64,000 bases of DNA from an uncultured Candidatus Saccharibacteria bacterium (lineage in GTDB: Bacteria; Patescibacteriota; Minisyncoccia; UBA6257; GWB1-50-10). A program made the translations under genes and the position numbers. Numbering within the stretch: the stretch's first letter is position 1; each line of letters opens with the position of its first letter. The notes beneath the pieces were generated by a model, which saw only the letters and a list, made by a program, of their open reading frames with translations, did no database searches and had not been told where the DNA came from. The DNA lies in NCBI GenBank assembly GCA_964357525.1, contig CAYHLH010000001.1, forward strand, positions 11,719 to 75,718, read 5' to 3'. Of this stretch, positions 1 through 8,447 are shown piece after piece.

Positions 1-28
1 TTTTCTTATATCCCTTTTTGCGTCTCAT
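1..28 (-). CDS. 5' end of unidentified gene continuing beyond window start (N-term MRRKKGYKK...)
   Basis: Minus-strand ATG at ~26-28 preceded by the same uORF-stop/7-nt spacer junction (TAA-GATTGGC-ATG) seen at the rpsL copy; body of gene lies outside the window. Confidence 0.3.
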
Positions 29-222
29 GCCAATCTTATTTGCGAGCGGAGCGAGCAATCATAAGATTGCGCACCCGCCCAAGTTTTTTGGATTTTGCCG
101 ACTTCTTTATCATTGTTATTTTCATAATGGTATCAATTCTATTTACCCGTATAATTGCAAAAATTTGGGCGGGTAAGGTTTTGTCATCAAAATTTCTTCG
201 AAATTTTGAACAAAGCCCTTAT
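29..222 (-). promoter_or_regulatory. Conserved upstream leader module, copy A (hairpin H0 + long inverted-repeat stem P1 + short uORF) abutting the gene at window start
   Basis: P1 arms GCACCCGCCCAAGTTTTTTGG (71-91) and CAAAAATTTGGGCGGGTAAGG (158-178). H0 hairpin TCAAAATTTCTTCGAAATTTTGA (186-210) followed by CAAAGCCC. uORF MIARSARK* at 36-62 (minus). Homologous to copies B-G. Confidence 0.6.
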
Positions 223-314
223 GCCTTTTTTCCCTCTTCGCCCCGTACTTCGAACGCTGTCCCGACGCTTCGGTCGGGACTCCGACCTCTGATTTTATCA
301 GAGCGTCGGAGCTG

Positions 315-725
315 TTATGATTTTTTTTCACGTTTTGCTCCATATTTTGACCGTTGTTGTTTTCTCTTATTAACTCCCTGCGTGTCGAGAACTCCCCTCA
401 CGATGTGGTAGCGCACGCCCGGAAGGTCCTTGACCCTGCCTCCGCGGATGACGACCACCGAGTGCTCCTGGAGGTTATGCCCCTCGCCCGGGATGTAGGC
501 GGTCACCTCCATGCCGTTCGTGAGCCGCACGCGAGCGACCTTCCTAAGGGCCGAGTTCGGCTTCTTCGGGGTCGTGGTGAACACCTTCACGCACACGCCT
601 CTCTTGAAGGGCGAGGCGGAAAACACCGGGTTGTTCTTGATCATGTACATACCCAAAGCCGGCGCTTTGTTCTTTTTCTGCGCTCTTGTCCTCCCTTTTC
701 GTATCAATTGTCCTACGGTTGGCAT
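315..725 (-). CDS. rpsL: 30S ribosomal protein S12
   Basis: ORF 315..800 contains [12 protein letters not shown]...[11 protein letters not shown]...; start reset to the ATG at 725 giving a ~136 aa S12-length protein. Confidence 0.9.
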   Translation of the reverse strand: MPTVGQLIRKGRTRAQKKNKAPALGMYMIKNNPVFSASPFKRGVCVKVFTTTPKKPNSALRKVARVRLTNGMEVTAYIPGEGHNLQEHSVVVIRGGRVKDLPGVRYHIVRGVLDTQGVNKRKQQRSKYGAKREKKS

Positions 726-1005
726 GCCGATGTTATTCGCGAACGGAGTGAGCGACCATATTTTCATATGAATAGTTCGCTCGGTCAAAATGAAAACCAA
801 CGCTTTTCATTTCTCCCTCGCTGCTATCCATAACATCGAGCACCCGCCCAAGTTTTTGGGCGCGTGTCGACTCTTTCACCATTGATTGTTTCATTGTTAT
901 ATTCATTGTGCAGGCCTTTGTTGTTTGAAAATTTGGGCGGGTAAGGTTTGGTCAATCAAAAAACCCTCGCCTACGGCTTGGGTTTTTTGAACCAAGCCCT
1001 TAAAA
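726..1005 (-). promoter_or_regulatory. Conserved upstream leader module, copy B (diverged proximal part, long uORF) directly upstream of rpsL
   Basis: P1 arms GAGCACCCGCCCAAGTTTTTGGG (837-860) / GAAAATTTGGGCGGGTAAGG (927-946). H0 TCAAAAAACCC...GGGTTTTTTGA then ACCAAGCCC. uORF of 32 codons at 733-831 starting ATGGATA like other copies and ending TAA-CATCGGC-ATG(rpsL). Confidence 0.6.
733..831 (-). CDS. candidate leader peptide (uORF, 32 aa: [32 protein letters not shown]) upstream of rpsL
   Basis: In-frame ATG...TAA on minus strand; the start context ATGGATA and the stop-to-ATG spacing are shared with uORFs of other module copies. Confidence 0.3.
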   Translation of the reverse strand: MDSSEGEMKSVGFHFDRANYSYENMVAHSVRE

Positions 1006-1035
1006 CCTACGAGACAAGAATACCCAAGAACGCCA

Positions 1036-1078
1036 AAAAACGCAAGCCCAGTAGAGCTACTTTGTGATTCTACTGGGC
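1036..1078 (-). terminator. Rho-independent terminator downstream of the site-2 protease gene
   Basis: Hairpin CCCAGTAGA...TCTACTGGG followed on the minus strand by CTTGCGTTTTTTGG. Confidence 0.5.
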
Positions 1079-1091
1079 AAGCAGAAAGCAT

Positions 1092-1724
1092 TCAAACCCC
1101 CACAAAAAGGCGGAAGAGGAACTCAACCGCGGGAAAGAGGAAATTGAGCCCCGAAAAGATGAGGACGAGGAGGATGATGAACCCGTAGCGCTCCAAAAAC
1201 GCCTGGGCTGCTTCGGTCCCGCGCGGGAGAAGCCAGAACAGGATCTTGCTGCCGTCCAAGGGAGGGATAGGGATGAGGTTGAAGATCGCGAGGGCGATGT
1301 TGATTATGATGACCGAGGCGATGAGCGGCTCGACGGCGCCGAACCCTCCGCCCGCGCGGTATGCGAGCGCGAACACGAGTGCAAGCACGACGTTCGCCGC
1401 TGGCCCCGCGAGCGCGATCAAAGCCCCTCCCTTCTTAGGGTCTTTCAGATTATAGGGATTGTAGGGAACGGGCTTCGCCCACCCGAACACGACGCCGCCG
1501 GGAATCAAGGATAGGAGGAGCGGGAGCGCCACGGACCCTATGGGATCTATGTGCTTCAACGGGTTCAGGGTCAATCTCCCCGCAAGGCGCGCGGTGTGGT
1601 CGCCGAGCTCGAGTGCCATAAGCCCGTGCGATACCTCGTGCACCACGACGGAAAACAGCAGCACCAACAGCTGAAATACGAAGAAAAATTCCATTTTGTT
1701 CTGAAGCTTGATTATATCACGCAA
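1092..1724 (-). CDS. Site-2 protease family zinc metallopeptidase (M50)
   Basis: HEVSHG HExxH motif and multiple TM segments; the true start may be the internal MEFFF at ~1694. Confidence 0.75.
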   Translation of the reverse strand: MRDIIKLQNKMEFFFVFQLLVLLFSVVVHEVSHGLMALELGDHTARLAGRLTLNPLKHIDPIGSVALPLLLSLIPGGVVFGWAKPVPYNPYNLKDPKKGGALIALAGPAANVVLALVFALAYRAGGGFGAVEPLIASVIIINIALAIFNLIPIPPLDGSKILFWLLPRGTEAAQAFLERYGFIILLVLIFSGLNFLFPAVEFLFRLFVGV

Positions 1725-1748
1725 ATCTCGTATTCTACAGGCACGAAA

Positions 1749-2384
1749 ATGAAGAGGATAATCATCATTCTCATCGCGGTCGTCGTCATTATGGTGGGCT
1801 TTCTGGGCACTCTTTACTACCTCGTCATGCGTTCGGCGCTAGAGGAACCCGAGGCGGGAACGTCCGCGCAAACGGGGATCATGGGACTCTTCTTCAAGAA
1901 TCCCGAAACGGTGAACCCGAGTGCTTTCGTAACCACGACGACGTCCAGCGGCACCACCGTCATACAGATCGGCACAACTACGGTAACGACCGAGGCGCTC
2001 GTTGAGATCCCGACCTCCATCGTGTACATAGCGAGCGAAGCGCCGGAGAAAGTGGTGCTCTCGATCGAGAGCGTCGGCAAGACCGACAAGGGGACGGTGC
2101 TCGTCGCGCTCCGCGTATTCACGCTCGAAGCGTCGCGCGCGACCTCCATTAATCCCGCCGACTTCCTCGCGCTCATCCCTCCCGAGGGGAACGAGACGAG
2201 GCCGGACTTCATCCAGGGCAACTTCACAAACATGGCGCCGGGAGGGAACTACCAGGGGAACGCGATTTTCACGGTGCCCGCAGGGAGGACTTCCATCATC
2301 CTCCAGGTTGGGCGGGGTGAAGGCGTCGTCTTCTTCGAATTCAACTTCGCCAACAAGACATTCCGGCAGGTTGAAATAAGTTAA
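1749..2384 (+). CDS. Hypothetical membrane-anchored protein (N-terminal TM helix, Thr/Val-rich extracellular domain)
   Basis: ORF 1551..2384 trimmed to the internal ATG at 1749 (MKRIIIILIAVVVIMVGFLG...) to avoid overlap with the protease gene. Confidence 0.5.
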   Translation: MKRIIIILIAVVVIMVGFLGTLYYLVMRSALEEPEAGTSAQTGIMGLFFKNPETVNPSAFVTTTTSSGTTVIQIGTTTVTTEALVEIPTSIVYIASEAPEKVVLSIESVGKTDKGTVLVALRVFTLEASRATSINPADFLALIPPEGNETRPDFIQGNFTNMAPGGNYQGNAIFTVPAGRTSIILQVGRGEGVVFFEFNFANKTFRQVEIS

Positions 2385-2597
2385 GATTTTGTATAAAATC
2401 TGAATTCAGTGAGAATTTTATAAACAAAATCTTACCCACCCAAATTTTTAAAAGATAAAACATTATGACGAAACAATTCAATCAATTAAAAGGCAGTCAC
2501 CGCGATATCCCAACAATCGTTCAAAAACTTGGGCGGGTGCTCAATTCTATGGATAAATTTTTATCGCCGACTGACTCAAAAATTTATATATAATCGG
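2385..2597 (+). promoter_or_regulatory. Conserved upstream leader module, copy C (opposite orientation, serving the plus-strand bL28 gene)
   Basis: Reverse complement carries GATTATATATAAATTTTTGAGTC...GATAAAAATTTATCCATAGAATTGAGCACCCGCCCAAGTTTTTG; second P1 arm CTTACCCACCCAAATTTTT at 2431-2450. uORF MDKFLSPTDSKIYI* at 2549-2593 ends 5 nt before the ATG at 2599. Confidence 0.65.
2549..2593 (+). CDS. candidate leader peptide MDKFLSPTDSKIYI (uORF) upstream of rpmB-like gene
   Basis: ATG GAT AAA TTT TTA TCG CCG ACT GAC TCA AAA ATT TAT ATA TAA; conserved in copies D and G. Confidence 0.35.
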   Translation: MDKFLSPTDSKIYI

Positions 2598-2598
2598 C

Positions 2599-2817
2599 AT
2601 GCGCATCTGTTTTTACTGCGGAAAATCGTACAAGGGCGGCGGCACAAGGAAACTCCTTCGCGGCCACTACAACCCGACGAACTTCGGGAAGAAGCGGGCT
2701 AATTTGCAGTGGATGAAGGACGGAAAGACCGGCAAGCGCGTACTCGCGTGCACCTCGTGCATGAGAACGACGATAAAGACGAAAACAAAAAAGGGGAGGA
2801 AGGTCAAAACCCACTGA
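2599..2817 (+). CDS. rpmB: 50S ribosomal protein bL28-like (small Lys-rich zinc-ribbon r-protein)
   Basis: 72 aa; CxxC...CxxC with GHYNPTN..KKRANLQ..RVLACTSCMRTTIK resembling L28 (C.ICG...SH.N..KRR..PNLQ...RV.L.VS..ALRTI.K); identity among small r-proteins not certain. Confidence 0.5.
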   Translation: MRICFYCGKSYKGGGTRKLLRGHYNPTNFGKKRANLQWMKDGKTGKRVLACTSCMRTTIKTKTKKGRKVKTH

Positions 2818-2835
2818 ACAATTCTATGGAATTGT

Positions 2836-3486
2836 TCAGTGATTTTGTAACGGGACGAAGACGAACCCTGGGAATTCCTCCATTTCGAGCTTTCCGAATT
2901 CGGTCTTTTCCATTTTCCACACCGAGAGGCCCAAGGGGATGACCATTCGCCCGCCTCGCGTCGGCTCGCCGCGAGTCGAGGCGGGCCCGCCCGCTTTCAG
3001 CTGTTCCACGAGCGGCTGCGGCAATTCACTTCCGGAGGCGGAGACGAGTATCTTGTCGAACGGGGCCTCGCTGGACAGACCCACTTCCTTCCCCGCCGGC
3101 TCGATGCGCACGTTCTTGAACCCGTACTTGCCGAGATTTGTCTTCCCGAATTCCACGAGTTCGGGGACTATTTCCGTTCCGATTACGCTCCCCTTCTCTC
3201 CTGCGATGCGCGCGAGGAGCGCCGTGGTCCATCCGGAACCGGAACCGACATCCAGGATCTTCTCCCCTTCCTTTGGCTCAAGGAGCTCCAGCATGAACGC
3301 GACGGTGTACGGCTGCGAGATGGTGGCGCCGTATCCTATCGGAAAGGCATTATCTTCATACGCGGCACGCCTGTATGCCTCTGGCATAAAATCGGCGCGG
3401 TCCACCTCAGTAAACGCGCGGACGATAACGGGGTTTTTCAGAACTCCTTTACGCTTAAGATGCTCCACGAGCTCCGCGTTCGCCAT
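2836..3486 (-). CDS. pcm: Protein-L-isoaspartate O-methyltransferase
   Basis: ATISQPYTVAFMLELL...LDVGSGSGWTTALLA motifs. Confidence 0.85.
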   Translation of the reverse strand: MANAELVEHLKRKGVLKNPVIVRAFTEVDRADFMPEAYRRAAYEDNAFPIGYGATISQPYTVAFMLELLEPKEGEKILDVGSGSGWTTALLARIAGEKGSVIGTEIVPELVEFGKTNLGKYGFKNVRIEPAGKEVGLSSEAPFDKILVSASGSELPQPLVEQLKAGGPASTRGEPTRGGRMVIPLGLSVWKMEKTEFGKLEMEEFPGFVFVPLQNH

Positions 3487-3632
3487 TATATTATTTTACA
3501 ACTTATTCAAAATTGAAGCCGGGAATTTCACGTCGCTCCGCTCTTTAAGAACCCACGGTTCTTAACGGATCTCCTCCACGGGAGACCAGCGTGTTCTCCC
3601 GACCCCACTCCTGTCCAATTCCATAACCGGCA

Positions 3633-3665
3633 AATACAAAAGACGGGAAAAATCCTGTCTTTTGT
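3633..3665 (-). terminator. Hairpin terminator downstream of tRNA-Pro
   Basis: GACGGGAAAAATCCTGTC palindrome followed by TTTTGTATTT. Confidence 0.45.
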
Positions 3666-3671
3666 ATTTTG

Positions 3672-3746
3672 TCGGGCTGCCGGGAATTGAACCCGGTCTA
3701 CATGCACCCCATGCATGCGTACTGCCGGTATACTACAGCCCGAGTG
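3672..3746 (-). tRNA. tRNA-Pro (anticodon GGG)
   Basis: Reverse complement folds as a cloverleaf with anticodon loop ATGGGGT and T-arm GGGTTCAATTCCC; coordinates approximate by a few nt. Confidence 0.75.
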
Positions 3747-3810
3747 AAGGAGGGATGCTATCTTTCGAAGAAAGATACAGCCCTAACGCACCAAAATTGT
3801 AGCGAAATAA

Positions 3811-3835
3811 AAAAATATCCGCAATTCGCGGATAT
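3811..3835 (-). terminator. Bidirectional hairpin terminator (ATATCCGCAATTCGCGGATAT) flanked by A/T runs
   Basis: Perfect palindrome downstream of ORF 3887..4267. Confidence 0.45.
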
Positions 3836-3886
3836 TCTAAAAAATGTTTTCAATGGTTACTTCAAGATATAGGAATACTTACGGTG

Positions 3887-4267
3887 TTATTTCACTCCCT
3901 CACCCTCGGCATCAACTTTTCCACCACGAATATGCGTATTGCTGCATGAAGGACACTTTCCTTTATGATCATCCCGTATACGTTCAAACTCGGATCTGTC
4001 GAAATAATAGATTCGTGAACCATCGGGCATTTTCCAATACCAGCATACCGTTGATTCCCTACAATCAGTGACAAACTCAACCTTTTCACCCGCTCTGCGA
4101 ACATCGGTAACTTCAGAAGGTACGAAATTAACGCCGCGGCTCAAATCTTCTGTGTCTGAACGGGGGAATATCTGCCCCTTATCGCCACCACCACCTAAGG
4201 CATTCACTGTAAAACCTAACGCGGAGATTTCATTGATATTTGAATATTTTTCTGCTTTTTTTACCAA
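3887..4267 (-). CDS. Hypothetical protein with C-terminal CPSC zinc-ribbon-like motif
   Basis: 126 aa ORF with a TTG start; AT-rich flanks; no recognisable family. Confidence 0.4.
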   Translation of the reverse strand: MVKKAEKYSNINEISALGFTVNALGGGGDKGQIFPRSDTEDLSRGVNFVPSEVTDVRRAGEKVEFVTDCRESTVCWYWKMPDGSRIYYFDRSEFERIRDDHKGKCPSCSNTHIRGGKVDAEGEGVK

Positions 4268-4367
4268 AACAGAACCCCTTTCGTTTTTATTAAAAATAAA
4301 TGTTATTTAACTAACTAAAAAATACCATATAATATGGTATAAGTCAATAATCAAAAACGGGACCGAA

Positions 4368-5273
4368 CTACACGTGCAGGTACCGGCGGATGGCGATGAC
4401 CGAAGAAAGGATGCCGAGCGCGACGCCGAAGAGCACCTGGTAGAGGAAAAATTTCAGGAAGTTAGCCGAAAAGTACGCACTTAAGGACACTTCGGGTATG
4501 AAATTGGAAACATATGGCGAGATGAACCCGATGATGGGCACCAAGATGAGGAAACTCACGATGGCGCCGATGACGCCGTAGAGGATGCCCTCCACGATGT
4601 AGGGCCCGCGGATGAAGTTGTTCCCCGCCCCCACGAGCCGCATGATGCCGATGGCGTCGCTGTTCGAGAATATGGCGAGCCGGATGGTGTTGAACGTGAT
4701 CATGATGGCGAGGAAGGAGAGGAACGAAGTGAGGATGGCCCCTCCGTTCCTGATGGTGTCGACGAAGGCGATGAGGCGGTCGATGACGAGTTGGTTCTGC
4801 GCATAGGTCACCTTTTCCACCTGTTCGTTGAACGAGGGCTTGTCGAGATAGCTCGCGATCGTCTCATAGTGGCGAGGGTCATTCGCCTTGATGTTCAGGG
4901 ACGCGAGAAGCGGGTTCTCGTCGAGCTGGGAGAGGGTTTCCGTGATGACCGGATCGTCCTTGTGCTGCTCCTGAAATATGCGGAGAGCGTCGTCGCGCGA
5001 GATGTACTCCACCTCTTTCACCTCCGAAAGCCCTTCAAGGGAACGCTTGATGTTCAGGACGGCGTCCTCGGTGACGTTCGTCTTGAAGTACACGCTGATG
5101 TCTATTTTCTCCTGAATGGACTCCACCGCCCCCTTTGCCACGACGTTGAAGACGATGAGGCCCTCGAAAACGATGAGCGCGAGGACCATGATGCTGATTG
5201 TGGATGCGGAAAGCCACCCGTTCCTCATGAAGCTGCTCCATCCGTATTTCACTATGCGAAGAAGTTTTACCAT
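4368..5273 (-). CDS. ftsX: Cell division permease FtsX
   Basis: 4-TM topology with large periplasmic loop, adjacent and co-directional with ftsE. Confidence 0.85.
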   Translation of the reverse strand: MVKLLRIVKYGWSSFMRNGWLSASTISIMVLALIVFEGLIVFNVVAKGAVESIQEKIDISVYFKTNVTEDAVLNIKRSLEGLSEVKEVEYISRDDALRIFQEQHKDDPVITETLSQLDENPLLASLNIKANDPRHYETIASYLDKPSFNEQVEKVTYAQNQLVIDRLIAFVDTIRNGGAILTSFLSFLAIMITFNTIRLAIFSNSDAIGIMRLVGAGNNFIRGPYIVEGILYGVIGAIVSFLILVPIIGFISPYVSNFIPEVSLSAYFSANFLKFFLYQVLFGVALGILSSVIAIRRYLHV

Positions 5274-5292
5274 TGCCTCCTTATTATACTAT

Positions 5293-5976
5293 CTATCCTA
5301 TGATGAACCTCCCGTTCTCCTCGTCTTTCACGACCGCTCCGTTCTCGAGCGTAATGACGCGCTGTCCCAGTGTGTTCACTATCTCCTTGTCGTGCGTCGC
5401 GAGGATGACCGTGCTCCCGAGCTCGTTTATCTTCGTGAGGAGCTTGATGACCTCCCACGTGTTGAAGGGATCCAAATTCCCCGTCGGCTCGTCGGCAACG
5501 AGCACGTCCGGCCTGTTTATCATCGCCCGCGCGATCGCCACGCGCTGTTTTTCCCCGCCCGAGAGCTCCTGCGGGAAATTGTGCGCCTTTTCCCTCAAGC
5601 CCACCATCTCAAGGACCTGCGGGACCAATTCGTTTATCTCCGTCTGCGTGCGCCCCTCAACCTCCAGGGCGAACGCGACGTTTTCGAACGCGGTCTTCTT
5701 CAAAAGAAGGCGGAAATCCTGGAAGATGACGCCGATGTGGCGGCGGTATTCCGGCATCTCGTTCGAACGCAGCTTCTGAACCTCATAGGGGCCGAAGAAT
5801 ACCTGGCCCTTGGTCGGCTTTTCCTCCCCGATGAGGAGCTTGATGATGGTGGATTTCCCCGCCCCCGACCTGCCGACGATGGAAACGAACTCGTTCGGCT
5901 GGATCTTGAAGCTTACCTTGTCCAGGGCTACGGTGCCGTGATTGTAGGTTTTGGTGACGTTTTGGAAGATTATCAT
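5293..5976 (-). CDS. ftsE: Cell division ATP-binding protein FtsE
   Basis: Walker A GRSGAGKST, ABC signature LSGGEKQR, Walker B LVADEP; start set to the internal MIIFQNVTKTY. Confidence 0.9.
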   Translation of the reverse strand: MIIFQNVTKTYNHGTVALDKVSFKIQPNEFVSIVGRSGAGKSTIIKLLIGEEKPTKGQVFFGPYEVQKLRSNEMPEYRRHIGVIFQDFRLLLKKTAFENVAFALEVEGRTQTEINELVPQVLEMVGLREKAHNFPQELSGGEKQRVAIARAMINRPDVLVADEPTGNLDPFNTWEVIKLLTKINELGSTVILATHDKEIVNTLGQRVITLENGAVVKDEENGRFIIG

Positions 5977-6091
5977 GCGATTTTCCCCGATACCGCCGGA
6001 AAAGGCCAGAAAAATGGCGCGATATCGCGGCCTATGAGACAAGTATACACCATTTTCCGCCCCCTGCGCCCCTTGTTGTGGATAAGGAAGA

Positions 6092-6778
6092 TTACCCCTG
6101 GAGGATGTCCAGGTCGCCTTCGAGCACCTTCTCCACCGCGGACCATTTCTTTCCCGTCGCGTGGTCCTTCACCTGCTTGTATGGATGCAGCACGTACGAG
6201 CGTATCTCATGGCCCCACTCGGGACTGACCCTTGTTTTGAGGTTCGCGAGCTCGGTCTCGTGCTTTTCCTTCATGAGCTCGATGAGCTTCGTCTTCAGCA
6301 TCTCCATCGCGCGGTCGCGGTTCGAGCTTTGACTCCTCTCCGCCCTGCACGATACGACGACGCCCGTCGGGATGTGCACCACGCGGACCGCGGTCTCTAC
6401 CTTGTTCACATTCTGCCCGCCGGGGCCACCGGAGCGCGAGAATTCCACCTTGATGTCGCTCTCCGGTATCTTGAGCTTCGCGGTCTCCATTAGGGGAAGG
6501 ATAGGGAGCACCTCCACTAGCGCGAACGAGGTGTGGCGCAACTTCTTCGCGTCAAATGGGGAAATTCTCACGAGCCGATGCACGCCCGCCTCGGAGCGGA
6601 GGCGCGCGTAGGAATCCCCCTTCAATTCGATGATATTGTCGCTTATCTGCGCCGATTTCCAGCCTTTTTTCTCCGCGTAACGGGAATACATGCGAAGGAG
6701 CATTTGCGCCCAATCCTTCGCGTCATCTCCTCCCGCGCCCGCCAACACCGACACTATCGCTCCTTTTGTATTTTCCAT
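6092..6778 (-). CDS. prfB: Peptide chain release factor 2 lacking N-terminal domain 1
   Basis: SPF tripeptide (RISPFDAKK), GGQ motif (SGGPGGQNVNKVETAVR); aligns to RF2 from ~residue 120 onward; ATG is 2 nt from tRNA-Thr. Confidence 0.8.
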   Translation of the reverse strand: MENTKGAIVSVLAGAGGDDAKDWAQMLLRMYSRYAEKKGWKSAQISDNIIELKGDSYARLRSEAGVHRLVRISPFDAKKLRHTSFALVEVLPILPLMETAKLKIPESDIKVEFSRSGGPGGQNVNKVETAVRVVHIPTGVVVSCRAERSQSSNRDRAMEMLKTKLIELMKEKHETELANLKTRVSPEWGHEIRSYVLHPYKQVKDHATGKKWSAVEKVLEGDLDILQG

Positions 6779-6779
6779 G

Positions 6780-6852
6780 AGCCGGAGAGAGGAGTCGAAC
6801 CCCCAACCTTACCCTTACGAAGGGTCTGCTCTGCCATTGAGCTACTCCGGCA
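6780..6852 (-). tRNA. tRNA-Thr (anticodon CGT)
   Basis: Reverse complement GCCGGAGTAGCTCAATGGCAGAGCAGACCCTTCGTAAGGGT...GGTTCGACTCC...CTCCGGC; anticodon loop TTCGTAA. Confidence 0.75.
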
Positions 6853-7297
6853 TACCCCCAACAAACTTACGGCCTTCTTTTGCTCTCTTACTTAACACAC
6901 GCCCTTTTCTCCCACTGCCTTTATTCAACCCTGCATACGTTGGGGTCAGTGAATCGCAGTTCGGACATAGAAGACGAAGGTTGCTCTCTACATTATTGCG
7001 CCAATTGCCATCTATGTGATCAGCCACCAAGGGGCTTTGTTTAGTCACAGGATTTACCTTAGACCATCCGCACAAACAGCAACAGTCGTTGTATTTTCTC
7101 CGCAAATATCGTTTAACATATCTTGAAACTATGCCTAGTCCCTGTAATCCACTTACTTTCCCATCTTTCCACCTCTCGATGTATGACCGATATTGGTATT
7201 CAAGCTGACACACATTACTGCAATAGCGATAATACGAACGCTCCGGTTCTTTGCCACATACCGGACATTTTCTTCTTGGTTTTCGTTGAATCGGCAC
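6842..7297 (-). CDS. HNH endonuclease domain protein
   Basis: CxxC pairs plus HIDG...N...NL..LCPNC HNH motif; 3' end overlaps the 5' end of tRNA-Thr by ~10 nt. Confidence 0.7.
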   Translation of the reverse strand: MPIQRKPRRKCPVCGKEPERSYYRYCSNVCQLEYQYRSYIERWKDGKVSGLQGLGIVSRYVKRYLRRKYNDCCCLCGWSKVNPVTKQSPLVADHIDGNWRNNVESNLRLLCPNCDSLTPTYAGLNKGSGRKGRVLSKRAKEGRKFVGGMPE

Positions 7298-7463
7298 ATA
7301 AGTAATTATACATCAACCCGGGACCAACTCCAAAAGTAACGGCGGTCGTCGATTGTTTGTATTTTAAAGAGCGATAAAAATGTCATCCCCCCGTTGCATT
7401 TCGCGAAGCGAAATTGTTTTGGAGATCTATGGTGGCGATGAATCCGCCCTCCATATTCTTCCC

Positions 7464-7688
7464 TTACTTATTCCTGCGCGTCAAGACGAAGAGATTGTTT
7501 CCCTCGTACTCCAATGTGTAATTGCGGTCGGCGTTGTCCTCAAACTGGCACAACTTGTTTTTCTTCGCCATTTCGAAGAACACCTTCGATTCGGCGGTTT
7601 CCAAGTGGTCCTTAAGGTGATACGCGCCTTCTTTCGCGTCGGAGTCATATCGAACCCTGTAATCGTGTATGTATTTCGTCTCCGCCAT
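7464..7688 (-). CDS. Hypothetical small protein (74 aa)
   Basis: ORF 7464..7892 trimmed to the internal ATG (MAETKYIHDYRVRYDSD...) so it does not overlap the PAP2 gene. Confidence 0.35.
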   Translation of the reverse strand: MAETKYIHDYRVRYDSDAKEGAYHLKDHLETAESKVFFEMAKKNKLCQFEDNADRNYTLEYEGNNLFVLTRRNK

Positions 7689-7696
7689 GCGTTCAA

Positions 7697-8239
7697 TTAT
7701 ACCACCCGTCTCCCGCCTTCCGCCTTCCCTCGGCGGGAAACTAGCCACTTCGCCGCAAGGAACGACACTAGCGCGATGAGGAATCCCGCGACGATGTCGC
7801 TGGGCCAATGGACGCCCGAGGCGACCCGTGCGAGGGAAACGACCGCCGCGGCGACGAAGAACCATAACGCCCATTCCCGGCGCACATGCCACATCGCGAA
7901 CGCGACGGCGAATAGCAATGCCGCATGCCCCGAGGGAAACGAGCCGCCGGACGCGGTGAAAAGCGGCTTCAGGCCAAGAACCTCATACGGGCGGCCGCGG
8001 TCTATGAGAAACCCCACGATCTCCGCAATGACGCCGCGCGAGAGAAGCAGGACGAGCGCGGTGAAAAGCGCATCGTGTATGCGCGCGCGCCTCCCCTTTT
8101 CGGAGAGAAGAAGCCATAAGGCGAAGGCGCCGACGAGCCACGGCAGATAAACCGCCAGGGAGACCAATACGAAATTAAAAAAAGAGAGCCGCTCGGCAAT
8201 CTGGTAGAAGAACTGAAATAAGAGAAGATCGAGGGCCAT
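7697..8239 (-). CDS. PAP2 family phosphatase (undecaprenyl-diphosphatase-like)
   Basis: SFPSGHA and GVHWPSDI PAP2 motifs; membrane protein. Confidence 0.8.
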   Translation of the reverse strand: MALDLLLFQFFYQIAERLSFFNFVLVSLAVYLPWLVGAFALWLLLSEKGRRARIHDALFTALVLLLSRGVIAEIVGFLIDRGRPYEVLGLKPLFTASGGSFPSGHAALLFAVAFAMWHVRREWALWFFVAAAVVSLARVASGVHWPSDIVAGFLIALVSFLAAKWLVSRRGKAEGGRRVV

Positions 8240-8246
8240 TATGCAC

Positions 8247-8447
8247 TTAATTTCTGGTGAACGGCAGAAGCCCTAAAATGCGCGCGCGCTTGATGGCGCC
8301 GGCGAGCTGCCTCTGGTGCGAAGCGCACACGCCGGTGTGCCGCGGATCGATGATCTTCGCCTGCGAGGACACGAAACGCCTCAACACCTCGACGTTCTCG
8401 TGATCGATGATCTTGACATTCTGGGAACAAAAAAAGCACTGGCGCAT
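8247..8447 (-). CDS. rpsR: 30S ribosomal protein S18
   Basis: CFFC...IDHENVEVLRRFVSSQAKI.PRHTGVCASHQRQL..AIKRARILGLLPF. Confidence 0.9.
   Translation of the reverse strand: MRQCFFCSQNVKIIDHENVEVLRRFVSSQAKIIDPRHTGVCASHQRQLAGAIKRARILGLLPFTRN

Noticed and set aside
7380-8150. A 256-aa plus-strand ORF
   Set aside because: It overlaps the PAP2 phosphatase gene and the 74-aa gene on the opposite strand and has no recognisable domain. It is a typical antisense artefact.
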